A DNA stretch of 64,000 nucleotides from Mobula hypostoma (Eukaryota): the NCBI RefSeq assembly GCF_963921235.1, contig NC_086097.1, forward strand, positions 58,158,001 to 58,222,000, given 5' to 3'. Within the stretch, counting starts at the first letter, position 1. Each line of letters begins with the position of its first letter. The notes under the pieces were generated by a model. The model was not told the origin of the DNA and made no database searches. It worked only from the letters and a program-made list of their open reading frames with translations. Shown here piece after piece: positions 54,318 through 64,000 of this stretch. The position numbers and the translations under genes were made by a program.

Positions 54318-55080
54318 AAACACAAGAGATTCTGCGGGTGCTTAAATCTAGAGTAACACACACACACAATTCTGGCGGGTCAGGCAGCATCGATAGAAAG
54401 AAATGCACAATTGATGTTTCGGGCCAAGGCCCTTCATCGAGGCTGGAAAGAAAGAGGGAAAAAGCCAGAGTAAGAAGGAGTACAAGCTAGAAGGTGATAG
54501 GTGAAGATGTGAGGGGGAAGATAGATGAATGGTGAGGAGGATGAGTGAGAAGGTGGGAGGTGATAGGACTGAAAAGGTAAGAAATAGAAAAGGTAAAGGA
54601 CTGAAGAAGAAAGAATCTGATAGGAGAGGAGGGTGAATCATGGGAACAAGGGAAGGAGAAGGGACACCAGGGGGAAGTTATCTGCAGGTAAGGAAAAAAG
54701 AAGAGGTGAGAGGGGAGCCAGAATGGGGAGCAGGGAATGGAAAAAGAGAGAAGGGGTAGGGGTAAGAAATTACTAGGAATGAGAGAAATCAGTGTTTATA
54801 CCATTAGCTTGGAGGCTACCCAGACAGAATATGAGGTGTTGGTTCTCCAACCAGAGTGGCATTAGAGGAGGCCATGAGTCTGCATGTCAGAAAGGGAACG
54901 GGGCTTGGTCTTAAGATGGTTGGCCACCAGGAGATCCTGCTTGTTGTGGACAGAGCAAAGATACTGGACAAAGCGGTCCCCTACACTGCATCAGGTCTCA
55001 CTGATATAGAGGAGGCCAGACAAAGAGCACCAGATACAGTAGGTGAGCCCAATAGGCTCGCAGGTGAAGTGTTGCTCCAC
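54318..55080 (-). mobile_element. Penelope-like element 3' part (GIY-YIG end, pyrimidine tract, pLTR)
   Basis: Antisense homology to 58880-59633. Confidence 0.85.
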
Positions 55081-55501
55081 ATTTGATCCACTTTTATTGT
55101 GCTTTAGTTGCCTTCACCCCTCTACTGTCAGCGTTATTTGGCCAACATCTTTTCACTGCTTTGATTTATGCCCAGGATTAAGTAACCCTGAGTTAATGAT
55201 CAAATCTTTTTTGGAGATGTATTTTGCACTCATTCATTGCCTTGTAAGGAACAACTTTTAAAAATGAATGCAATAAAATGGGTATATGGCTTGAGTTGAG
55301 GAATGGGATTGATGCAATTGCGATCATGGACCGGGAGCAAAAAGGCCGTCTTCCATGTTGTAAGGAATTGCAAATATGGAACAAGTGACATAAATCGAAA
55401 ACGACTGCATTTGGCAGTGATAATCAAATTATTAAATATCTTTTCATTCAATATTAATATTCACCCTGTGTATTAAGTAAAGTGGACTAAACTAATTGCG
55501 A

Positions 55502-55705
55502 AGCAACACACATAAAATGCTGAAAGAACTTAGCAGGTCAGGCAGCAAATGGAAAAGAGCAAACAGTCGACGTTTCGGGCCTGATGAAAGGTCTCGGCCT
55601 GAAATGTCGATTTTTCATAGATGCTGCCTGACCCGCTGAGTTCTTCCAGCATTTTGTGTGTGTTGCTTTGGATTTCCAGCATCTGCAGATTTTCTTGCGT
55701 TTGTG
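55502..55705. mobile_element. Palindromic Penelope pLTR derivative with a central hammerhead core
   Basis: Arms aagcaacacacataaaatgctg / cagcattttgtgtgtgttgctt. CTGATGA...GAAATGTC at 55581-55608. Confidence 0.9.
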
Positions 55706-56289
55706 TAATTTAATTGCATATTAATTTCTTTTTGTGCAACAGAATTGTTTAGATATTATAATTTTAGTAAAGGAAACCTCAGTGGTAGTTTTGATGCAGA
55801 AGTAAATAGTTAATCTGTTTTTCAAAATGTCTATCACTATTTGCTGTTGAAATTCTAAAATATTTTTCAGATGCTATATTGTCACACCAAGCTTCGTAAC
55901 ACTGTATTAGAATGATTTCATTTTTGCTGGTGGACTTGACAGTGTTAAAGCTGACTCTGTGAAGACTTCTGGTGAAATGTGTCACTGTGGAAGTTACATT
56001 AAAGCCAGACATGCAACATCTCATTTGAAAGAGCCTATTTTATGGTTAGAGGCAAGAGTCTGCTCTCACAGTTACTGCATTAACAGTTGCTTGCGATGAT
56101 TTGAAATGAAATCTGTTGTCATCAGGATCTGATTCAGTTTGACATTCTTTATAAATAATCTTTGGGATTTATGTGGGTCAGAATCCTGACTGACACCCAC
56201 AGAGTCTAAACAATGGACTAAAAAGTAAGAATCACACATCAGGCTTGATTTATTTACAAAGGGTGAAACAAAGGCTGGGGATGAGAGAG

Positions 56290-56925
56290 AAATAAAAGAG
56301 GTGAGACAAAGTGACAAAGGACTGGAACGTGTTGGGAAATGCCAGAAGTATGATGCCAAATTGTTGGCATTTCTCCATTAAGTGACAGCAAAATGGGGAT
56401 TCCATAAGGGTGTTGAACCGGTCGATCTGGTGTTCTTGGATTTTCAGAAAGCTTTGGATAAAGTCTGCATTAAAGGATTAGTTTGCAAAATAAAATCACA
56501 TGGTACTATAAGTATCTTTTTTTTGGCATAGATTGAGGAAAACTGGGATTTGCAGTGAGGATCTAACAGACAGACTCCTGGGATGGTAGAACTGCTGTAT
56601 GAGGAGGGACTAAATTGACTACATTTGTACTCAAGCTTAAAAAAATGAGAAAGGATCACATTGAAACTTTTATTCTGAAGGGGATTGACAGATTGGATAC
56701 CTGTTTGGTAGGTTTCGGGTGTCCAGAGTGCAGGGCCATTGTTTTGGGTTATTGGGCAAATTTAGGATTATGATTTTTTTTAAACTCCTATTAGAGGCTG
56801 GTGAACTTGTAAAATCCACTGCTATAAATGGCTGTAGAGGCCATTTTATTGTTTTTTTAGACAGATTGATAAATTTCTGGATATATGAAAGTGTATGGGG
56901 AGAGAACCTGGAACATGATATAGAA
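56290..56925 (+). mobile_element. Decayed CR1 fragment
   Basis: ttcttggattttcagaaagctttggataaagt (FLDFQKALDK). Confidence 0.6.
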
Positions 56926-56928
56926 ATA

Positions 56929-57459
56929 CACTCAATGGCCACTTACTAGGTACACCTGCAAATACCTAATCTGACAATTATGTAGTAGCAACTGAATACA
57001 TAAAGCATGCAGACATGCTCGAGAGGTTCAGTTGTTGTCCAGACCAAACATCAGAATGGGGAAGAAATGTGATCTAGGCAGATTGGATGGTAGAATGATT
57101 GTTGGTGCCAGACAGGGTAATATGAGTATCTCAAAATGTTGATCTCCTGGGATTTTCACATATAACGTTGTCTAGAATTCACAGAGAATGGTGCAGGAGA
57201 CACAACAACAAAAAAAAATTCCAGCAAGCGGCAGTTCTGTGGGCGAAAATGTCTTGTTAATGAGAGAGGTCAGAAAGAATAGCTAGCTTGACAGTAACTC
57301 AAATTACCATGGTTTACAATAGTGATGCGCAGAAGAGCATCTCTGAATGCACAAGATGTCGAACCTTGAAGTAGATGGGCTACAACAGAAGACCATGAAA
57401 ATACACTCGCTGGCTATTTTATTAGGTAGACGGGGACCTAATTAAGTGGCCACTGAGTG
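56929..57459 (+). mobile_element. Non-autonomous Tc1 element with a transposase N-terminal remnant and three TIR copies
   Basis: TA-flanked TIRs CACTCARTGGCCACTT; MGKKCDL..MIVGARQG HTH remnant from ~57056; extra left-type TIR at 57404. Confidence 0.9.
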
Positions 57460-57599
57460 TAGATGATTCTTTAAAATTGAACTGAAATAACTGAACAGGC
57501 CTGAAGGGACAAATGACTGTCTCCTGCTATTATTTCCTATTTCTGTATTAGCTGGGTTTCACACATTTTAAGGAATTGCTTATCAGGGAGTGGATTATT

Positions 57600-57950
57600 T
57601 GTTGAATATGGAAATCCAGTGAAAGACTGAGAGGCATAGATAGGGTAGATAGTCAGAAATTTGTCCCCTGGTAGGTATATCAAAAGCAAGGGACTGTGGG
57701 TATAATGTGAGAGGAAAATGTTTTAAAGCAGTTATAAAATTTTGTTGCACAGTCAGTGGTTGATAGCTGGAACCTGTTAGCAGAGGAGATGAAGGTGGAA
57801 CTTGATACAATCATTGTTTGAGACAGAAGCTTAAATGAACAAGCCATATAAAGATATGGCTCTTATGCAGGCAGACTGGAAGAGTGAACGTGGCTTAAAG
57901 ATCTGCATGACCACAATGAATTAAAGGGCCTGTTTCTGTGCTGAACGCTC
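57600..57950 (+). mobile_element. Decayed CR1 3' end
   Basis: Terminal motif aagggcctgtttctgtgctg. Confidence 0.65.
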
Positions 57951-58330
57951 GAGAATCCCTGAAATATAGGAAAGTGTATGAAATCCTGCAAAGCTTTGGA
58001 ACTATTAAAAGCTTGGCTTGAAATGTTTGACCAGCACAAAAGGTAGAACATCAAAGGTACAGCCCAGGAAGCTCAGGCTTTTCTAATATTGTGGATGACA
58101 CGAAGTGTGGTTGATGGAAGGGAAAATTTTCTTCCATGTCAAATGTCCATCGTGTGGGCAGGCACAGAGATGAGGAGGCAGAGCTAGGGTCATGTTCAGA
58201 GCACTTGTTGAAACCAGCATACCTGGTGTCAAAGGAGCTCAATTCCTCTCAAATGAATATCTTCCTGATGTACCCACAATACCCCGAGCGAGTCTAGTCG
58301 CATTTCAACTTGACTCACAAAGAATCTCAC

Positions 58331-59214
58331 AGTCTACTGACTCTCACAGCTATCTGGACTATTCCTCCTCTCACCCTGTCTCTTACAAAAACGCCATCCC
58401 ATTCTCGCAATTCCTCCGTCTCCGCCGCATCTGCTCTCAGGATGAGGCTTTTCATTCTAGGACGAGGGAGATGTCTTCTTTTTTTAAAGAAAGGGGCTTC
58501 CCTTCCTCCACTATCAACTCTGCTCTTAAACGCATCTCCCCCATTTCACGTACATCTGCTTTCACTCCATCCTCCCACCACCCCACTAGGAATAGGGTTC
58601 CCCTGGTCCTCACCTACCACCCCACTAGCCTCCGGGTCCAACGTATTATTCTCCGTAACTTCCGCCACCTCCAACGGGATCCCACCACTAAGCACACCTT
58701 TCCCTCCCCACCTCTCTCTGCATTCCGCAGGGATCGCTCCCTACGCAACTCCCTTGTCCATTCGTCCCCCCCCATCCCTCCCCACTGATCTCCGTCCTGG
58801 CACTTATCCGTGTAAGCGGAACAAGTGCTACACATGCCCTTACACTTCCCCCTTACCACCATTCAGGGCCCCAAACAGTCCTTCCAGGTGAGGCAAAACT
58901 TCACCTGTGAGTCGACTGGGGTGATATACTGCGTCCGGTGCTCCCGATGTGGCCTTTTATGTATTGGCGAGACCCGACGCAGACTGGGAGACCGCTTTGC
59001 TGAACATCTACGCTCTGTCCGCCAGAGAAAGCAGGATCTCCCAGTGGCCACACATTTTAATTCCACATCCCATTCCCATTCTGACATGTCTATCCACGGC
59101 CTCCTCTACTGTAAAGATGAAGCCACACTCAGGTTGGAGGAACAACACCTTATATTCCATCTGGGTAGCCTCCAACCTAATGGCATGAACATTGACTTCT
59201 CTAACTTCCACTAA
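58331..59214 (+). pseudogene. Penelope ORF C-terminal part, one frameshift near the C-run at ~58770-58790
   Basis: ORFs 58192-58788 and 58825-59214 join into RT thumb, CxxxxCxxC linker and GIY-YIG domain. Confidence 0.9.
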
Positions 59215-59501
59215 GGCCCCACCTCCCCCTCGTACCCCATCTGTTACTTATTTTTATGCACACATTCTTTCTCTCACTCTCCTTTTTCTCCCTCTGTCCC
59301 TCTGAATATACCTCTTGCCCATCCTCTGGGTCCTCCCCCCCCCCCTGTCTTTCTTCCCGGACCTCCTGTCCCATGATCCTCTCGTATCCCCTTTTGCCTA
59401 TCACCTGTCCAGCTCTTGGCTCTATCCCTTCCCCTCCTGTCTTCTCCTATCATTTTGGATCTCCCCCTCCCCCTTCAACTTTCAAATCCCTTCCTTCAGT
59501 T

Positions 59502-59537
59502 AGTCCTGACGAAGGGTCTCGGCCTGAAACGTCAACT
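59502..59537 (+). ncRNA. Minimal type I hammerhead ribozyme motif in the Penelope pLTR
   Basis: AGTC-CTGACGA-AGGgtctcggCCT-GAAAC-GTC-AACT: intact core, stem II, palindromic loopless stem III (ACGT) and a GUC site. One mismatch in stem I. Confidence 0.8.
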
Positions 59538-59994
59538 GCACCTCTTCCTACAGATGCTGCCTGGCCTGCTGCATTCACCAGCAACTTTGATGTGTGTTGC
59601 TTGAATTTCCAGCATCTGCAGAATTCCTGTTGTTCACAAAGAATCTGTCCTGTTCACTCAAATCAAGGAATCAAGCTCAAGGGATGCAACTGAACAAACT
59701 CCTCCCTATACTATAACACTTACCCATAGGCTTGTGTCTTGCCCATGGGTTTCAGTCTAATGTTGTCTGGTTGTGATGAATCCAGAGACCTATGATGGGG
59801 ACTTCAACAAAGTAGAAAAGCAAGGTTTTGCACCCATCCTTGGCAATAATACAGTTCAGTAGATGGGGCTGATGAAAGTATATCACAACAGGATCGTAGA
59901 GGTAGCTAAACGAACACAGGCAAACTACAACTACTGATGGACGAAAGTCCTGCTATGGCTGAGAATGAGGATGAAGCCTAAGTATTACTACTAT

Positions 59995-61340
59995 CAAAAG
60001 CAACACACAGTAAATGCTGGAGGAAATCAGCAGGTCAGGAAATAGAAATGGATCAACAGTTGACATTTTGGGTCGAAACCCTTCTTCAGGAGTGGAAAGG
60101 AAGGGGATAGACACCAGAATAAAAAGGTGAGGGGAGGGGAAGAAGGATAGATAGACAGTGATAGGTGAAGCCATGTGGGTTGGAAAGATAAAGGGCTGGA
60201 GAGGAAGGAATCTAATAGGAGAGGAGAATGGACCGTAGGAGAAAGTGAAGTTGGAGAGGACCCAGGGGAGGTGATAGGCAGGCAAGAAGAGGTAAGAGAC
60301 CAGAGTGGGAAATAGAAGAAGAGGGAAGAGGAGAGGGATTTTTTTTTACCAGAAGGAGAAATTGTTATTCATGCCATCAGATTGGAGGCTACCCAAAAGG
60401 AGTACAAGGTGTTGCTCCTCCACTCTGTGGGTTGCCTCATCTTAGCACATGTCAGATTGGGAATGGGAATTAAAATATTTGGCCACAGGGAAGTTCTGTT
60501 TTTGGAGATAGAGCAGAGGTGCTCAACGAAGTGATTCACCCAATTTATGATGGGTCTCACCAGTGTAGAGGAGGTCACATCGGGAGCACTGGACACAATA
60601 AACAATTCCAGTAGATTCGCTGGAGAAGTATTGCCACACCTGGAAGGACTGTTTGGTGCCCTGAATTGAGGTGAGGGAGGAGGTGTATGGGCAGTGTAGC
60701 ACATTGGCTGCTTGCAGGGTTAAGTGCTGGGATGGAGATTAATGGGGATGGAAGAATGGACATGGGAATCACAGAGGGAGTGATCCCAGCCGCAAGTGGA
60801 GAGAGGGAGGGATGGAGGTAAAGATATGTCTGGTGGTAGGGTCCTTTTGGAGATGGCAACAGTTGTGGAGAATGATGTTTTGGATTAGGAGGTGGTGAGC
60901 AAGGACAGGAAGAATTCTATCGCTGTTAAAGTGGTGGGAAGATAGGGTGAGTCCAGCTGTTCTTGACATGGAGGACATGCAGGTGAGGTTTACATCAATG
61001 GTGGAGGAAAGGAAACCTCGTTCTTTGAAGAAGGAGGACATCTCTGATGCCTTGCAAAGCAAAAGTGCATCAAGGGAACACATGCAGCAGAGTCAGAGGA
61101 ACTGAGAAAAGGGAATAGCATTTTCACAAGAGACAGGGTAAGAAGAGATATAGTCAAGATAACCATGGGAATCAGTAGGTTTACAAGAGATGTTGGCCAA
61201 TGCTTTGTCTCCAGAGATGAAGACAGAGACATTGAGAAAGGGGAGGGAGGTGTCAGAAATGGACCAAGTGAGTTTAAGGGCAGGATGGAAGTTAGAGACA
61301 AGTTTGATGAAACCTATTGATATCAGATGTGGCTTCAAAT
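59995..61340 (-). mobile_element. Older Penelope-like element, tail-to-tail with the young copy
   Basis: NFHPALKLTWSISDTSLPFL..KPTDSHGYLDY..AIPFSQFL. pLTR with a degenerate hammerhead at 60057-60093. Confidence 0.9.
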
Positions 61341-61669
61341 CCAGGGATCAAGACATGTCATGAAGGCAGAGAATCTGCTGCAGTTATGATGTTCACACAC
61401 TCTATTAGTGAATGTGGACATGAGGTGAGATCAGACTGAGCTGGTCCTGATATTTTCACTGCTGAAATTATTGTCCATGTGCTGAGTGGTGACTACATTA
61501 AGTATGGATTGGAAAATGGTGCCATTAGTGGATATAAACAAGAAGACTTGACACCAGCAAGAAGGGATCATAGAAAATACATAGACATGAGCTTGTAGTC
61601 ATAGCTCAGTCTAAGTCATGTGAATGGAGGAAAAAGTTAGATTTACTCTAATTTTCTCCCTTTGCAATT

Positions 61670-62513
61670 AAGTTCAAAGGTTAATTTTGTTGTCAAAGTA
61701 TACATGTACAACTCTGGCATTTGTCTTCTCCAGTTAGCCATGAAATACAGAAAAACTACAGGAGTCATTGAAAGAGAAAACAGCAACCCCCTTCCCACGT
61801 GAAAAGGAAAAAGAAACAAAACCCTCTACCCCCAAACCCCCCCACCCCTCCTTTGCACAAAAACCAACAGATCACCCACACGGAAGATGGCAGCCAGGAC
61901 ATCAAAATCCCAAACCCCAACCCCCCTCATTGCAAAAAAAAACAGCAACAACATCAAATCCTGTACCCCCTCCCCACAAAGAACAGCCACAACATCAGAT
62001 ACCCAACCCCCTCCCTGCAAAAAAGAGCAGTGCCAACAGCACCAAACCCCAACCCCCTCTCCCACACACAAAAACCAACAAGAGCACCAGAGTCCAAATC
62101 CCCAACCCATCCCTTGCACAAAAAACAACACATCACCTACCCGGAACCCCAACCCACCAATCAGCAACAAGAAAGGGAACACAGAAGGCTGAAGGAGACC
62201 AATATAAACTACAGACAAATAGTCACATAAATTGTAGAATTTTGAAAACATCCTCTCGCCAGAACTGAGGAGAGTGGCCACTCAAACTCAGATCTTCCAC
62301 GAAGAGCGACCGCAGCCTTCCGAACGCCGCCAGCTTGGCTACCAACCACCATCAACCTGTGGCTTCCATGGAGAGCGACTCCACATTCAACTAGATGCCT
62401 CAATCTTCCTCAATGCTTCAAAATGGAGTCACTCATGGCCCCGAACCCCGTTTCTGGTCCTTCTGCATGAGGCAGTCCGTGCTTGTAGCTGTCCGGGCAC
62501 TGCAGAGCGCCAA
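61670..62513 (-). mobile_element. Non-coding non-LTR element 3' region containing a degenerate minisatellite
   Basis: Tail-like aagttcaaagg..ttgtcaaagtatacat at the left end; CpG-rich body at 62270-62513; cut by the Tigger insertion at TA. Confidence 0.5.
61785..62160 (+). repeat. Degenerate ~40-bp C/A-rich minisatellite
   Basis: Recurring unit like ccccaaccccctcccy(g)cacaaaaa-cagcaacaacatca. Confidence 0.75.
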
Positions 62514-62515
62514 TA

Positions 62516-64000
62516 CAGGTGTTCCCCACTTTTCGAATATTCACTTTACGAAACCTCACTGTTATGAAAGACCTACATTAGTACCCTGTTTTCGCTTTCA
62601 AAAGGTGTTTTCACTGTTACGAAAAAAAGCGCACGCGAAAAAATCAGCTCGTGATAAAAGGCAGTGCACGCCCCGAGCAGCTGCTCTCCCCCGGATTCGG
62701 GACTGCAATCTCGCCGACATTGCTTAAACACATGCCTGTGAGCAGCCATTTGCAAGATGAGTTCTAAGGTATCGGAAAAGCCTGAAAGAGCTCGTAAGGG
62801 TGTTACACTTAGCGTAAAACTAGACATAATTAAGCGTTTCGATCGTGGTGGACGAAGTAAGGACTAAGTGAGTTTGGCTTGTGGAAGCTGATGAACATGA
62901 TGTTGAAGAGATTTTGGCGTCCCATGACCAAGAACTGATAGATGAAGAGCTGATGCAATTGGAAGAGGAAAGGATAACAACTGAAACTGAATACAGTAGC
63001 GAACAGACCGAAAGTGAATTCGTCCAGGAACTGAACGTGAAGCAACTGCGTGAGATTTTCACTGCAATGATAAAGTATGACTTTAATTTTGAAAGGGTAC
63101 GTCGGTTTAGGGGATATTTGCAGGATGGTTTGAGTCCTTACAGAGAACTGTATGATAGAAAAATGCACGAGGCTCAGCAGTCAAGCAAGCCTTCCGCATC
63201 AGCCACAGCAGACGATGAACCTCGACCTTCGACATCGAGGCAGGCAGTCATAGGAGAAGATGAGCTGCCTGCTCTAATGGAAACAGACGACGAGATGACA
63301 CCCCATTGTCCCACCACCCCACGATTCGCAGAGAATGCAACGGTAGCCGGGACGCACACAGCACATCTTTAAGAAAAAAGCCAAAATAAACATGCTAACT
63401 AATTAGGTGCCGCCCGACACGTAATTAATTAGCATGTTTATTTTGGCTTTTTTCTTAAAGATGTGCTGTGTGCCTCCCGGCTACCGCTGCATTCCTGCAT
63501 GCTTCGTGGTTCGGTATCTGTCGGTGGCCTGGAGGGTGGGACCACTGCACCATCCCAACCTGTGACGACTCAGTCTAACACACCCTCATCAGTGTGCTCG
63601 GCGCTGAACCAATTCCGGTAAGTGATACTACACTGTACATACATTATTTCTACTTTATATTGGCTATGTATTTTTACGTGTTATTTGGTATGATTTGGCA
63701 GCTTCATAGCTTAAAGGTTACTGGAGAGCACTTGCGCCGTGTTTTTGCCAACAGCGCTTGCGTGAGATTTTCTGCCGACGGCGCTTGCGTGAGATTTTTG
63801 CTACGGAGAGCAGTGCAGTAATGATTGTGGAAAAGTATTTCTACTTTATATAGGCTGTGTATTTATCATATCATTCCTGCTTTTATGACATGTTACTGTC
63901 ATTTTAGGTTTTATGTGTTATTTGGCATGATTTGGTAGGTTATTTTTGGCTCTGCGAACGCTCACAAAATTTTCCCATATAAGTAAATGGTAATTGCTTC
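62516..64000 (+). mobile_element. Internally deleted Tigger/pogo DNA transposon (runs off the window end)
   Basis: TA then CAGGTGTTCCCCACTTTTCGAA TIR. 62757-62867 encodes MSSKVSEKPERARKGVTLSVKLDIIKRFDRG (CENP-B/psq HTH start), joined directly to the acidic C-terminus DVEEILASHDQELIDEELMQLEEE. No DDE domain. Confidence 0.88.
63304..63547. mobile_element. hAT-MITE-derived fold-back segment inside the Tigger element
   Basis: 72-bp inverted arms at 63334-63405 and 63422-63493, homologous to 24369-24714. Right end gggtgggaccactg resembles the hAT TIR. Confidence 0.8.

Larger units (their letters stand above)
58328..59633 (+). mobile_element. Young 5'-truncated Penelope-like element (RT thumb + GIY-YIG endonuclease + pLTR)
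   Basis: TDSHSYLDYSSSHP..IPFSQFLRLRRIC; GVIYCVRCSRCGLLCIGETRRRLGDRFAEH. 13-bp TSD tcacaaagaatct at 58315-58327 and 59634-59646. Confidence 0.95.

Noticed and set aside
61768..62281. Several 100-166-aa ORFs
   Set aside because: Artefacts of the low-complexity minisatellite.
62881..63372. 163-aa ORF as a domesticated TIGD gene
   Set aside because: It lies inside a TIR-bounded deletion derivative, lacks the HTH and DDE domains, starts at GTG and ends in MITE sequence.

Overview
Eukaryotic, repeat-dominated non-genic (intergenic or intronic) DNA. The repeat inventory points to a cartilaginous fish, probably a ray (inference): CR1/HER1-type LINEs, a V-SINE/HE1-like SINE, and abundant Penelope elements with their palindromic derivatives. 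I recognised no host protein-coding exon, tRNA or rRNA; every interpretable ORF is a transposon relic. Main content: (1) a 14-kb nest at 12590-27015, where an old minus-strand CR1 is split by a near full-length CR1 and by a chromovirus-type Gypsy element. That Gypsy holds an inverted Mag-like Gypsy, which holds a Harbinger-like MITE and a fold-back hAT MITE. (2) A minus-strand CR1 at 2355-5766 interrupted by Rex/Babar and L1 fragments. (3) Several Penelope-like elements, one young with a 13-bp TSD and a minimal hammerhead ribozyme, plus ~200-bp palindromic derivatives whose inversion points fall at or next to the ribozyme. (4) Two Tc1-derived MITEs, each with three TIR copies. (5) Two solo LTRs. 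(6) An internally deleted Tigger/pogo element carrying a 72-bp-arm hairpin homologous to the hAT MITE. The unique DNA holds a perfect RFX X-box and CTCF-like motifs. Boundaries of old, decayed elements are approximate.
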